A stretch of DNA of 36,773 bases. Origin: Chloroflexota bacterium (lineage in GTDB: Bacteria; Chloroflexota; Dehalococcoidia; SM23-28-2). A program made the translations under genes and the position numbers. Of this stretch, positions 8,897 through 18,498 are shown in pieces. Numbering within the stretch: position 1 is the stretch's first letter; each line of letters opens with the position of its first letter. The notes beneath the pieces were generated by a model. That model worked only from the letters and a program-made list of their open reading frames with translations, made no database searches and was not told the DNA's origin. The stretch lies in the NCBI GenBank assembly GCA_030691665.1, contig JAUYDU010000370.1:1-36773 (forward strand), in the 5' to 3' direction.

Positions 8897-11800
8897 TCAC
8901 CTCGAGCTCGTCAGCTCCTTTAGGAGGGCCGTCGTCTCCGGCAGCGGTTCGGCCTCTTCGTCGTCCAGCTCCCGCCGTAGCGATTCCACCAGCACCTTGT
9001 ACACCTTGCGGACGCCGTTCACGTCCCCCGCCTTGGCGTGGCAGCGCATGAGGCCCCGTGCTGCCTCCTCGTCGATAGGATCGCGAGCCAGGATCGCCCG
9101 GTAGAAGTCCGTCGCTTTCCTGATGTCACGGCAGTCCATAGCCAGACGGGCGGCCGCGTAGGCCGCCGCGATGAACTTCCGCTGGTACTCCTGCCGGTAC
9201 GTGGCCGCCCACTCGTACGGTTCGCCCGCCAGCAAGTCGCCCCGATAGAGGGCCAGCGCCCGCTCGTATTCAGAAAGCGCGTCGGCACCGTGGAGCGACT
9301 CAGCGCGACGGAGGTGCCCCTCGAAGGCGTCCACATCCACCCGAAACAGGCCAGACCGAAGGTGATAGCGCTGCCCGGACGTAGCAAAGAACTGGGTGTC
9401 AGCATCGGCAGTCACACTCTTCAGGGCCCGCCGCAAGTAGTAGGCAGCGTTGGACAGCATGTGCTGCATCTGGCCCAGGTCTCCCTCCGGCCACAGCGCC
9501 TCTGCCGCCTCCTCTCGCGGTACGGCGCTCCCGCCGCGAGCGATGAGATAGGCCAGAAGCTCCCGGGCCTTCTGGATGGTCCATTGGGTCACTTCGCGTC
9601 CGCCAGCCTCTACCTGAAACGACCCGAAGCAGCGGACGGCAAACAGGGGGCCGGCCCCTGGAGCCTCGCCGTCTTCTGGTGTGGTGTCGACAACTCCCGT
9701 TTCAATGAGGCTCAGTTGCCGGGTGGGCCCGCTCCCACCGGCGTCGCTGGCCCCAGCCAACGGTGCTTCATCTGGCGGCGCTTCTTCCGCAGGCGTGTCA
9801 AGCTCTGCTACGCCTGGTACAGGCTCCCGGGCCGGTTCCTCACCGATGTCCGGCCCCAGCGCCTGCTCGACAGACTCTGCCAGCCCTTCGCCCCCGTCGA
9901 CGCTCTCCGTCGGCCCTTCGACATGGCTCCGCGAGTCCCCGTCTGCCTTGACTAGGTCCCCCCGTGGCGGGAGAGTTCCCAGGTTCCCCCCTCGTACCTC
10001 CACGGGCGTCAGTGTGACGCAGACGTCCCGGCCGATGCTGAGCGCCAGTTCGCCGGGTCTCGGGCCGGATTCTGCGGCCCCGTCAGCCTCCCACTCTGCA
10101 ACGCTCCCGCCGAAGACAACGCTTGCGCCGAAGGCGTCGAGGAGCTGCTGCTCCTGAACCTCCTCCACTACGCCGACGGTGTAGACGAGATGCTCCGGCC
10201 CCCGCCGCAGCACCGTGCTCAGCCTCTCGATGTCCGAACCGGCGTCGGGCGAGAGACCGACCACCGCCAGAAGGGCGGCAGGAGTAAGGACGCCGCCCGT
10301 GCCGCGGGCTATGATCGTCTCCTCCAGCTCGGCTGCAACTTCGTCCAGAGAGCGCGAGCGCGACTCCTCGCTGACCATGCGGACGTGCGGCAGCGAGGCC
10401 AGGTCGCCAAGCCTGAGGGTGGCTTCGCCATTCGGCAGGAAGGCGAGGCGTTGGGGAGGATAGGCCGCCGCCAGGGTGGCCAGCCAGGCGGAGACGAGAG
10501 CGTACGCTTCGTGCTCACTTCCCACCACGAGGACGCTCCCGACGGCGGCCAGGTTCAGATAGTGGACTCCCTCGCTATTCGCGCCGACAGGCACCAGCAA
10601 CAGGGCATCAGTTGCCTGACCGTCGCCGACCAGGAGGCCCGCCAGCCGCTGAAACCGAGAGAGCCTCAGCCGAACCCGTGTCGAACTCTCGGCGGCTCCA
10701 TCGATGGCGCAGGCCAGGCGCCGTCCAACGACGTGGCGGCTGCGCGCCACGGCCTGGGCCTCCCCGGGCGCACAATCGAGGGTGAACTCCAGGGTGCGCT
10801 TGGATTCGCGGCATGTCACTACGCGGGGGTCATCGAAACGCAGCTCGGCCAGCGCCTCCAGGAGTGACTGGGCCGCCAGGATCACCCTGCCGGCGTCGCC
10901 CCTGGCGGAGTTGTGTGGCTGGCGGCTCCTGGCCAGGATCTTTAAGGCGCGTCTCCCGTTAGAACCTGCCAGCCGCCTTACGGCTATGGCCACCGCTCCT
11001 GCCGCGCCGAGCCCGAGGGCGCCCGCCAGCACCGCTTCCGCAGGCGGTACCCACCCCCAGCCATCTGCCCCTTCAGCGCTGGGCTGCTCCGGCAAGGCCG
11101 GCGTGACCCAGGAACCAGCGCTGGGTGTGGCTTCTGGCGTGATTGGGGGCTCGCTGGTCGGCGCTGGCGCCGTCGGGGAAGGAAGCTCGGGCGGTATGGG
11201 CGTGGGCGCCTCAGCGGGCGGCGTCACCTCGACTGGGAGTTGTAGCGGCCAGCCCGGCAGGATCAGACTGGGGTCTGTGAATCGCCGCCCGCCGCCCATG
11301 TCCTGACCCTGGTTGAGGTTCCAGATTTCCGCCCAGCGCAGACCGTCGCCCAGGAAACACTCCGCGATGCGCCAGAGGGAGTCGCCCTCGCGGACGCGGT
11401 ACGTCACCCCGCCCTCCACTGGCTCAACATTGGCCGCTGGCAGCGGCACCTTCAGCACCCAGCCGGGCCGGATCAGGCGGGGGTCAGTGAGGACCTCCTC
11501 GTCAGCCATGATCCGGCCCGCGTTCGCCTCGAAGATGCGCGGATAGAGGGAGCCGTCGCCGTAGAACCGGCGAGCGATGTCCCAGAGGGTGTCGCCCTGG
11601 ACCACGGTGTAGGAGACCGAGCCGCCACCGTCCTCCGCAGGTTCGGGGGAGCAGCCGGCGTCCGAGTCCATGTCCGACCGCTGTTCAACAGGTTCGAACA
11701 TCGCCGCGGCCACGACACCTGGATGCACATCCGTCGCTGCCTCAGCTTTCAGCCGAGGAGCTGGAGGTAGCCAGGCGGCGAGGACGAGGGTGCCCGCCAC

Positions 11801-12211
11801 CGCCCCGTCCACGATGCGTCTCACGATGGGAACCGTAATGAGGTCGCTAAGTCGCAGCGCGCTGTGGGTCCAGGCCGTACCCTCAGCCAGTCCCGCCAGG
11901 CCGAGGGCCGCCAGCCGCAGAGTGACGGACAGCGCCAGGTAGATGAGCGCCAGCCAGCCGATGCTCGTGGCCAGGTAAATGACATCCTCGTAGGGCAGGT
12001 AGGAGCCGGTCAAGATCTGGCGCGCCCGTTCCCAGTCCGGCGGCAGCGATGGGGGGTGTGGCGGCCCGTTCAGCCACCACAGCGCGACCCCCAGCGCAAC
12101 GGCTCCAGCCGCCAGCCCGACGAATCGAAGGAGCCCGTCGGCCGGCTCTGTGTCGCGCCCGCCCCGCGGTTGGTCGATGGCTGCCTGTCTTCTCGCGCTC
12201 GCGTCCGCCAA
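8897..12211 (-). CDS. membrane protein: 3 TM - LysM - LysM - Pro-rich linker - TM - degenerate FtsK/EccC-like region - SARP (OmpR-type wHTH + BTAD)
   Basis: LysM modules [20 protein letters not shown]...[11 protein letters not shown] and [20 protein letters not shown]...[12 protein letters not shown]-terminus [18 protein letters not shown]...ARELLAYLI...[21 protein letters not shown]...[14 protein letters not shown] is the SARP/AfsR/DnrI pattern. Start is TTG at 12211, so the exact start is uncertain. Confidence 0.85.
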   Translation of the reverse strand: MADASARRQAAIDQPRGGRDTEPADGLLRFVGLAAGAVALGVALWWLNGPPHPPSLPPDWERARQILTGSYLPYEDVIYLATSIGWLALIYLALSVTLRLAALGLAGLAEGTAWTHSALRLSDLITVPIVRRIVDGAVAGTLVLAAWLPPAPRLKAEAATDVHPGVVAAAMFEPVEQRSDMDSDAGCSPEPAEDGGGSVSYTVVQGDTLWDIARRFYGDGSLYPRIFEANAGRIMADEEVLTDPRLIRPGWVLKVPLPAANVEPVEGGVTYRVREGDSLWRIAECFLGDGLRWAEIWNLNQGQDMGGGRRFTDPSLILPGWPLQLPVEVTPPAEAPTPIPPELPSPTAPAPTSEPPITPEATPSAGSWVTPALPEQPSAEGADGWGWVPPAEAVLAGALGLGAAGAVAIAVRRLAGSNGRRALKILARSRQPHNSARGDAGRVILAAQSLLEALAELRFDDPRVVTCRESKRTLEFTLDCAPGEAQAVARSRHVVGRRLACAIDGAAESSTRVRLRLSRFQRLAGLLVGDGQATDALLLVPVGANSEGVHYLNLAAVGSVLVVGSEHEAYALVSAWLATLAAAYPPQRLAFLPNGEATLRLGDLASLPHVRMVSEESRSRSLDEVAAELEETIIARGTGGVLTPAALLAVVGLSPDAGSDIERLSTVLRRGPEHLVYTVGVVEEVQEQQLLDAFGASVVFGGSVAEWEADGAAESGPRPGELALSIGRDVCVTLTPVEVRGGNLGTLPPRGDLVKADGDSRSHVEGPTESVDGGEGLAESVEQALGPDIGEEPAREPVPGVAELDTPAEEAPPDEAPLAGASDAGGSGPTRQLSLIETGVVDTTPEDGEAPGAGPLFAVRCFGSFQVEAGGREVTQWTIQKARELLAYLIARGGSAVPREEAAEALWPEGDLGQMQHMLSNAAYYLRRALKSVTADADTQFFATSGQRYHLRSGLFRVDVDAFEGHLRRAESLHGADALSEYERALALYRGDLLAGEPYEWAATYRQEYQRKFIAAAYAAARLAMDCRDIRKATDFYRAILARDPIDEEAARGLMRCHAKAGDVNGVRKVYKVLVESLRRELDDEEAEPLPETTALLKELTSSR

Positions 12212-12218
12212 GACCGCT

Positions 12219-13115
12219 CTATCTCCCCGTCAGGATCGATTGCAGCTGCTGAACCGGGTAGGCCGTGGTGAACGAGCGGGTGATGGGGTCCAGCGGCTGC
12301 CAGGGCCCGCCGTCGACCCGGTACCGTGCCGAAAAAGTGATCTCCACGCTTACAGGGAAGGTGCCGCCAGTGCTCAGCGATGATTGCTCGTAGGTGTGGC
12401 GGATGTCGCTCTCTTCCGGGTAGCGCTGGCCCAGGGAGGTCGACTTCAGAGTCGCGCCGTCGCCGAAAGTCCAGCGGTAGCCGGTAGGGGTAATCTCCAC
12501 CTCCACGGTGGTGCCACCCAAGGTATCCGACGCCGCGATAGGCAAGCCGTCGTACCCCTCCACCCAGAACCAGGACGGCAGCGCCACCAGTCCCACTTCG
12601 GGGTTCACGCCCACGGTGATGGCTGGCACCGGCACGTGGTCCAGCAGCTCTGCCGCCACGCTCGCCGGGTCGACCGGATCGCCCTGCACGACAACCACAC
12701 TCACCTCCGACGCTTCCACATCGAGGGGAAGCCAGACGATACTCATGAATCCGTTGTCGCACTGAACCACCCAGGGCGCCTCCCCGGGGTGAAGGGCCGA
12801 CTCGCGTTCGAACCACTCGCGGGTGGCGTTGCCGATGTTCATCACGTCGGCTGTACACGACCAGCCTCCTCCGGAGCTGCTGCTGGTGTCGCTGGACGAC
12901 GAGTCGCCCGAACTCCCAGGAGAGGTCTCGCTGACCGCGATGTAGATAGTCACACCGTCAGGCCCTGATTCGACGTAGGTCACAGCAGAGTCCGGCTTGT
13001 TGTCTCCAGGGTCGCCCGGATCGCCGGGCGACGGGTCATCGGCCAAAGCGCCCGTCACTATGAGTCCTGCCGTAAGAGCAGCGAAGCCTACCACTAGCAG
13101 GTGACGCATCTTCAC
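12219..13115 (-). CDS. secreted protein of the Tad operon, function unknown
   Basis: Signal peptide [25 protein letters not shown], a Pro/Asp and Ser-rich linker, then a conserved-looking body ([12 protein letters not shown]..., YRWTFGDG...). An ATG at 13109 is an alternative to the GTG at 13115. An 8-nt gap separates it from the next gene. Confidence 0.7.
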   Translation of the reverse strand: MKMRHLLVVGFAALTAGLIVTGALADDPSPGDPGDPGDNKPDSAVTYVESGPDGVTIYIAVSETSPGSSGDSSSSDTSSSSGGGWSCTADVMNIGNATREWFERESALHPGEAPWVVQCDNGFMSIVWLPLDVEASEVSVVVVQGDPVDPASVAAELLDHVPVPAITVGVNPEVGLVALPSWFWVEGYDGLPIAASDTLGGTTVEVEITPTGYRWTFGDGATLKSTSLGQRYPEESDIRHTYEQSSLSTGGTFPVSVEITFSARYRVDGGPWQPLDPITRSFTTAYPVQQLQSILTGR

Positions 13116-13121
13116 ATCCCC

Positions 13122-13676
13122 TTAGCGCTGGCGAGTGCTCCGCACTACCTTCCAGTCGCCGCTTATCTTCTGGAAGTAGAATGTGTCCTTCAGGATTTCA
13201 CCACTCCCTGATGCCTGGCCGGGTTCCTTTGTCTCAGCGTCCACGTAGAAGCTGTTGTTCGTGATCTCGTCGTACAAAGTGGCCGAATCCGAGGTCATGT
13301 CCACGACCAGGAACTTGTGACTGACGTCGACTCTGAGAGCGAGTCCCTGCGACCGCAGGCCATCTATCTCCTCTTGGATGCGTTGTAGCTCTTCGCCCGC
13401 TGCCACTCCCTCCACCAGCGCCGGGTTCAGGTCAAGCAGCGCCTGGCTGTAGGCATCCCAGTAGCGCAGGTATGCTGCCTCCACCTCCTCTTCGGGTGAA
13501 ACGGTCGTGGTCGCCGGAGGGGTCTGCGTGGGCGCAACTGTGGCCGTGGCCGTAGCTGCCGGGGTCGGCGAGCCTTGGCCGTCCACGCGCTCTCCGTTTC
13601 CTCCACCTCCGTCGCACCCGAAGGCAGTCAGGGTCAACGCCGCCAGTACCACCGTGATTACCAGTCGCCGTATCAA
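13122..13676 (-). CDS. lipoprotein of the Tad operon, function unknown
   Basis: TTG start with GAGGAG 6 nt upstream. MIRRLVITVVLAALTLTAFGC lipobox, a Thr/Pro/Ala linker, and a ~120-aa globular part. Confidence 0.65.
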   Translation of the reverse strand: MIRRLVITVVLAALTLTAFGCDGGGGNGERVDGQGSPTPAATATATVAPTQTPPATTTVSPEEEVEAAYLRYWDAYSQALLDLNPALVEGVAAGEELQRIQEEIDGLRSQGLALRVDVSHKFLVVDMTSDSATLYDEITNNSFYVDAETKEPGQASGSGEILKDTFYFQKISGDWKVVRSTRQR

Positions 13677-13707
13677 CTTTCGCTCCTCGATCTTTCCATC
13701 CTGCCTC

Positions 13708-14145
13708 TCAGGGCATCGCCGACGCCACGCCGTGACGGGGCTCCGCCGTCGCCTTCGCGCCGATCTCCACGCTATCGATGCCTACCACCCGCAGGAAGCC
13801 CGTCGAGGCCTGCCTTGACACTGCCACCTCCACTCCCGCGGGACGGACGACCACCGAGTAGTCAAGGCCGCCCTCGTCCTCGAGGTAGCCCACGGCCGCC
13901 CGATAGGCTGCTTGCTCGTCCAGCACCACCGACCCCGACGCCCGGTAGGCGCCCTCGTCAACCTGCATGGCGCCGGCCAGGGCCGCCGCGTCGGCCACGT
14001 TCTGGAGGTCTCGCCGCTGGGCGAAGACGAGACCGCCGTCAGATACCAGACCGACGACCGCCACGAGACCGACCATCGTGATGGCCACCATCACGATGAC
14101 CTGGCCGCCCTCGTCGGCCGAGAAGCGTCGCAGGAACGCCTTCAC
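13708..14145 (-). CDS. TadG-like pseudopilin (TadE/G-like N-terminal domain)
   Basis: DEGGQVIVMVAITMVGLVAVVGLVSDGGLVFAQRRDLQNVADAAALAGA matches the Flp pilus-assembly TadG N-terminal pattern. GTGA overlap with the upstream gene. Confidence 0.75.
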   Translation of the reverse strand: MKAFLRRFSADEGGQVIVMVAITMVGLVAVVGLVSDGGLVFAQRRDLQNVADAAALAGAMQVDEGAYRASGSVVLDEQAAYRAAVGYLEDEGGLDYSVVVRPAGVEVAVSRQASTGFLRVVGIDSVEIGAKATAEPRHGVASAMP

Positions 14146-14612
14146 CGCAGCACCGCCTCCCGGCTCCGGTAGAGGTCGATGCGCTCGGCGTGGGTGCTCG
14201 ATACGGTCACCTCCACACGATCCAGGAGAGGCAGGTCGGCCAGGGGCACCCGGTAGCTCACTTCGGCCGTAGCCACACCTCCCCGCTGAAAGCCGCCTGT
14301 GTCCACATCAACCGCCAGGTTGCTCTGCGAGAGCCCGTAGCCGTCGGCCACCGACCGCGCGCTCTGGAGAGCGGCCGTCACGCCCTCTGACTCTGAGGAC
14401 GCGGTGGCCAGACTGCGCCCGGCCTCTCGGGCCGCCGCCTGCACCGCCACCTTGGCGTGGGCGATCCGGCCCACCATCACCACGCCGAAGGCCAGGAGCA
14501 GCAGCACAGGGATCACCAGCGCTGCCTCCACCAGGGCCTGGCCGGCCTCGCCCCGACCGATCCGCCACCACCACGAGGCCGTCCGTCCACCGGCACCGCC
14601 ATCACGGCCCAC
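14142..14612 (-). CDS. tadE: TadE-like pseudopilin
   Basis: GEAGQALVEAALVIPVLLLLAFGVVMVGRIAHAKVAVQAAAREAGR is the TadE-like motif (G/xxxxE(A/F)AL..P). Start is GTG. Confidence 0.75.
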   Translation of the reverse strand: MGRDGGAGGRTASWWWRIGRGEAGQALVEAALVIPVLLLLAFGVVMVGRIAHAKVAVQAAAREAGRSLATASSESEGVTAALQSARSVADGYGLSQSNLAVDVDTGGFQRGGVATAEVSYRVPLADLPLLDRVEVTVSSTHAERIDLYRSREAVLR

Positions 14613-15009
14613 TGCGGAACCCCTCCTGCCGTACCTCAGCCGTCGCCTCGATGGGGATGCTCCGGCCGGTCACCCAGGGAATGAAGAGCGGGTAGTCGCC
14701 CTCCGTGTGCACCACCATCGTCTCACCCCTATCTTGCGCTGTCACGCCGAACCCGCCGGCGCTACGCCCCAGGCCCGACTCGAGCACCTCGCGGGCGCGG
14801 GCCGCGCCCTCGGCCGGGGTCCGACCCTCGGCCGCCGCCAGGCGCGCCCCCTCCTGCACCGCCGTGGTCGCCACGTCCCTGGCGTGGTACACCAGGGCGA
14901 ACTGGACCACCCCGATGAGGATGACCAGCAACACCGGCAGCGCCAGGGCGAACTCCACCATGCTCTGGCCGCGCTCGGCACCAAGCAGCCGGAAGGCGGT
15001 CCGGGCCAC
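14602..15009 (-). CDS. tadE: TadE-like pseudopilin
   Basis: RGQSMVEFALALPVLLVILIGVVQFALVYHARDVATTAVQEGAR is the TadE-like motif. Start is GTG at 15009. Confidence 0.8.
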   Translation of the reverse strand: MARTAFRLLGAERGQSMVEFALALPVLLVILIGVVQFALVYHARDVATTAVQEGARLAAAEGRTPAEGAARAREVLESGLGRSAGGFGVTAQDRGETMVVHTEGDYPLFIPWVTGRSIPIEATAEVRQEGFRSGP

Positions 15010-15010
15010 G

Positions 15011-15214
15011 CTACATGCCCGTGATGCTGCTCACTATGTTCCCGAAGACAGTGCTGATGCCGCCCCCCAGGGCCTCGACCGCCGCCATTGCGGCGACGGC
15101 GATGAGGGCGGCGACGATGGCGTACTCCACCATCGTCTGCCCTATCTCGGCCCCGGCCAGGCGTTGCAGCCGCCCCAGGGCCGCCCCTGCCAGCTCGAGA
15201 AACCGTCCTGCCAT
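15011..15214 (-). CDS. flp: Flp-family type IVb prepilin
   Basis: ATG at 15214 with GGAGGTG 6 nt upstream. The 67-aa product has the Flp processing/hydrophobic motif G-QTMVEYAIVAALIAVAAMAAV. Confidence 0.85.
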   Translation of the reverse strand: MAGRFLELAGAALGRLQRLAGAEIGQTMVEYAIVAALIAVAAMAAVEALGGGISTVFGNIVSSITGM

Positions 15215-15273
15215 CGCTTCACCTCCGCTCCCGCCCGCTCTCACGGGCGAGTTCATTCACCTCTCCTGACCGC

Positions 15274-16218
15274 TCAGCCGCCGAGGCCCAGGAGTTCGAC
15301 CCCGGCCGGGTAGAGGAGCACCACCAGGAACACCGGAAAGATGAACACGGCCACCGGGAAGAGCATACGCACCGTGCTCTTGCCGCCTTCCTCCAGGAGG
15401 CGTGCCCTCTTCTTGTCTCGAACCGTCTCCCCCAGGGTGAGCATCGCCTGGCCCAGGGGCAGCCCCTGCTCCAGGGCCGCCTGCCAGGCGTCAGCCACCG
15501 AGGCCAGCTCGCCGACTCCCTCCCGCTCGGCCAGCCGGCGTAGCGCCTCAGCGTGGGTCGCCGCGCCCAGCCCGGCCTCCCGCACGGCGTCCCGCAGGCC
15601 GTCGCCCAGCACACCGCCTACCTGCCGGCTCACCTCCAGCAGCGCCTGCTCCGGCGACATGCCGGCGCTGGCGGCGATGGCCAGCAGGTCCAGCACCGTC
15701 GGCAGCTCCATCACCACCGCCGTGCGGCGTCGCTCCAGCCTCTCCTCCAGCATCCAGTCGGGCGCGGCGAACCCCAGGCCGAAACCCACCAGCCACATCC
15801 ACACCGGCCACGCTCCAAAGGGGTGGACCCCCAGGACGTTCATGAGGGGAAACGCCGTCAACAAGACCAGCCCGCTGGCCAGCTTCTGACCGTAGAACTG
15901 GGCCGTCGTCATGCCCGGCCAGCCCAGGGCCAGCTTCCGCTCCAGGTCGCGGCCACCGAGCCCGGTGCGGGCGACGACTCGCCCCAGGACGCGGCCGGCG
16001 TCCTCCAGCAGGGGGCGCAGCAGCCGCTCCAGGGCGGGCGACTTAAACACCGCCGCCTGCGAGCCGCGGCGCCCTGCCTCCTCCTGAAGCCGCCCCTGGG
16101 CCGTCAGGCGCCGCAGACGGGAAGCCAGGTCCGGACGCCGCCGGCCCACCGGCTGGGCTGTGACTATCAGCCACAGGCCGCCGCCGAGCATGCCGCTCAA
16201 GATCAGCGCTACCGCCAT
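15274..16218 (-). CDS. tadC: TadC (T2SS-F family inner-membrane platform protein)
   Basis: 314-aa polytopic protein with the T2SSF-type cytoplasmic domain (LPTVLDLLAIAASAGMSPEQALLEV...). Its position after tadB is typical. Confidence 0.8.
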   Translation of the reverse strand: MAVALILSGMLGGGLWLIVTAQPVGRRRPDLASRLRRLTAQGRLQEEAGRRGSQAAVFKSPALERLLRPLLEDAGRVLGRVVARTGLGGRDLERKLALGWPGMTTAQFYGQKLASGLVLLTAFPLMNVLGVHPFGAWPVWMWLVGFGLGFAAPDWMLEERLERRRTAVVMELPTVLDLLAIAASAGMSPEQALLEVSRQVGGVLGDGLRDAVREAGLGAATHAEALRRLAEREGVGELASVADAWQAALEQGLPLGQAMLTLGETVRDKKRARLLEEGGKSTVRMLFPVAVFIFPVFLVVLLYPAGVELLGLGG

Positions 16219-17078
16219 CGCAGCACCCGTTCGTTGCCCGGCAGGCGCGTCGCCCAGAGCATCGTCGCGTAGCCGATCGTCACGCTGGCCAGGCAGAGGG
16301 CCAGCAGCGCCTGTCCCACCGGCGACGAGAAGACGTCCAGGTAGCCGGGGTTGATGCTCCGCACGGCGACGATGAGCACCAGGGGCAGCGCCGCCACGAC
16401 CCGGGCCGACAGCACGTTCTTGGCTTGCTGCGCCCGCACCTCGCGCTCCACTTGCACCGCCTGTCGCACCGAGCGGCCCAACCCCTCCAGCACCGTGCTC
16501 AGGTTGCGGCCGCCCACCCGGTGAGCCATCACCAGTGCCGCCGCCACCGTGTCGAAGACTGGGTCGGCCAGACGTTCCTGGGTGCGGCCGACGGCTTCCT
16601 CGAAGCCGCTGAGCCGCAGGTCCCGCGCCAGCTCCCGAAAGGCTGGCCGGAGGGCCTCCGGGCCGCTGCGGGCCAGGGAGGCCAGCCCCTCTTCGACGCT
16701 CATGCCGGCTCGCACCGCCGCCCGCAAGGCGTCCACGGCGTCGGCCAGGGCCGCCTGAAGGACGGCCCGCCGGGCCTCGCGTCGCTGCCGGAAGTACCAG
16801 GCCGGCAGAGCCAGCCCGACCAGGAAGGCCGAAAGGGTCACCACCGGCCAGCCCAGGCCCATCTGAGCGACGGCCGCCGTCGCCCCACCGCTGGCGGCGC
16901 TCAGCAGCAGGAAATCTCGGCTCCCCACGCCCTCCACGCCCGCCTGGCGCAGGAACTCCTCCAGGCGCTCGGCCAGCCGATCGCCGGACGGCCCCGCCTC
17001 CCTTTCACGTCGGGCGGTGGCGGAGAGGTACATCAGGAGTACCCCGAGCCCCAACGTTAGCGACAACACCAGCGGCAC
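16209..17078 (-). CDS. tadB: TadB (T2SS-F family inner-membrane platform protein)
   Basis: GTG start with AAGGAGGAG upstream. T2SSF pattern (LADAVDALRAAVRAGMSVEEGLASL...). 10-nt overlap with tadC. Confidence 0.8.
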   Translation of the reverse strand: MPLVLSLTLGLGVLLMYLSATARREREAGPSGDRLAERLEEFLRQAGVEGVGSRDFLLLSAASGGATAAVAQMGLGWPVVTLSAFLVGLALPAWYFRQRREARRAVLQAALADAVDALRAAVRAGMSVEEGLASLARSGPEALRPAFRELARDLRLSGFEEAVGRTQERLADPVFDTVAAALVMAHRVGGRNLSTVLEGLGRSVRQAVQVEREVRAQQAKNVLSARVVAALPLVLIVAVRSINPGYLDVFSSPVGQALLALCLASVTIGYATMLWATRLPGNERVLRWR

Positions 17079-17114
17079 GACCTCGTCTCCTCCTTGCCCT
17101 CAGGATGGCTCAGG

Positions 17115-17190
17115 CCAGTCCAATCCCAGTCCAATCGTTGGCACTGACGCCATCGAGTTGCTCCAATCCCAGTCCAATTTCAGTCCAAAG
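17115..17190 (-). promoter_or_regulatory. two arrays of 11-bp direct repeats (GATTGGACTGG on the coding strand) in the tadA-tadB spacer
   Basis: 17115-17125 and 17126-17136 are identical (ccagtccaatc x2 on plus strand). 17158-17168, 17169-17179 and 17180-17190 are three more consecutive 11-bp units (ttgctccaatc, ccagtccaatt, tcagtccaaag). Confidence 0.6.
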
Positions 17191-17214
17191 TCTTTTGCCG
17201 GCTCCTGCCACCCG

Positions 17215-18498
17215 CTACGCCCCTTCCCACGGCAGGCCCGCCGCCTGCACCCGCGCCGCACAGCGGGGCCGGATGCCCGTCCAGGAGAGCCGCCCGCCGT
17301 CGGCCAGCGAGAACAGCTCGCTGCCCGCCACCGCGTCCTCCTCCAGGCCGGTGACCTCGTACAGGCTGCCCACCAGGCGGCGGCCGCTACTGGAGTCCAG
17401 CCGCAGGTGCACCACCAGGTCGATGGCTTCGGCTATCATCTCGGTGACCGAACGCGCCGGTAGGGCCTCCTCAGCCATCATGGCGTAGGTGCGCAGCTTC
17501 GAGAGGGCCTGGCGGGGGCCGTTGGCGTGGATAGTGCACATCGACCCCTCGTGGCCGCTGTTCATCGCCGACAGCATGTCCAGGGCTTCGCTACCCCGCA
17601 CCTCGCCCACGATGATCCGCGTCGGCCGCATGCGCAGGGCGTTCTTCACCAGGCTGCGGATGGAGACGGCGCCGACCCCCTCCACGTTGGGCAAGCGGGC
17701 CTGGAGGGACACGCAGTCGGGGAGCATGGACTCCAGCTGGAGCTCTGCCGTCTCCTCGATAGTCACCACCCGCTCGTGTGCCCCGGCTATGGAGGCACCC
17801 AGGGCGTTGAGGCAGGTGGTCTTGCCGCTACCCGTGCCGCCGGAGATGAGGATGTTCAGCCCCGCCTGCACCGCTGCCTCCAGGAAGCCCGCCACTTCCA
17901 GTGTCAGGCTCCCCAGGCCCACCAGGTCGTCGAGGGTACGGGCCCGCAACAGGAACTTGCGGATGGTGACGTGCGTCCAGCGAGAGGTCAACGGCGGGAT
18001 GACGGCGTTCAGGCGCGAGCCGTCGGGCAGGCGGGCGTCCACCATGGGGCTGGTCTCGTCCAGCCGCCGGCCCAGGCCTCCCACGGCCCGCCGCACCAGC
18101 CGCAGCAGCTCGGCGTCGTCCTCGAAGAACACGTCGGCCAGGCGCTTGCACCCGCCCTCGATGGCGAACACGCGGTGCGGCCCGTTGACGATGATCTCCT
18201 CCACCGCCGGGTCGTCCAGCAGAGGCTGCAAGGGACCCAGACCGAGGATGTCGTCCAGGATGCGCTGGGCCAGCCCCTGGGGGTCTGCCAGCGGCGTCTC
18301 TCCCGCCGCCAGGGCGCGCCGGTTGAAGGCGTCGATCCGCTCGGCGACGATGCGCCGCACGCGCTCCACCTCGCCCGGGCCCGGCTCCGCCAGGGCGTCG
18401 ACGGCCATGACCCGGCGCAGCTCCTCCCGCACCTCCTCGCGCAGAGCTCGCTCCCGCTCCCTGCGGGCGTCTGGCTGCACCAGCCCCGAAATCGCCAT
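17215..18498 (-). CDS. tadA: TadA/CpaF secretion ATPase
   Basis: Internal ATG at 18498 overlapping the tadZ stop (TGATG). Walker A ILISGGTGSGKTT and VirB11/CpaF-type body (VTIRKF, RIIVGEVRGSEALDML, GHEGSMCTIHAN). The upstream 111 aa of the listed ORF are Gly/Arg junk overlapping tadZ. Confidence 0.9.
   Translation of the reverse strand: MAISGLVQPDARRERERALREEVREELRRVMAVDALAEPGPGEVERVRRIVAERIDAFNRRALAAGETPLADPQGLAQRILDDILGLGPLQPLLDDPAVEEIIVNGPHRVFAIEGGCKRLADVFFEDDAELLRLVRRAVGGLGRRLDETSPMVDARLPDGSRLNAVIPPLTSRWTHVTIRKFLLRARTLDDLVGLGSLTLEVAGFLEAAVQAGLNILISGGTGSGKTTCLNALGASIAGAHERVVTIEETAELQLESMLPDCVSLQARLPNVEGVGAVSIRSLVKNALRMRPTRIIVGEVRGSEALDMLSAMNSGHEGSMCTIHANGPRQALSKLRTYAMMAEEALPARSVTEMIAEAIDLVVHLRLDSSSGRRLVGSLYEVTGLEEDAVAGSELFSLADGGRLSWTGIRPRCAARVQAAGLPWEGA

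Noticed and set aside
9038-12968. Plus-strand and alternative-frame ORFs across the LysM-SARP and secreted-protein genes (e.g. 9038..9955, 10190..10867, 10704..11306, 12070..12858, 12384..12968)
   Set aside because: Same reasoning: low-complexity composition, no RBS, and complete overlap with domain-bearing minus-strand genes.
17115-17190. CRISPR array or minisatellite interpretation of the 11-bp repeats
   Set aside because: The units are contiguous with no spacers, far shorter than CRISPR repeats, and no cas genes are present.
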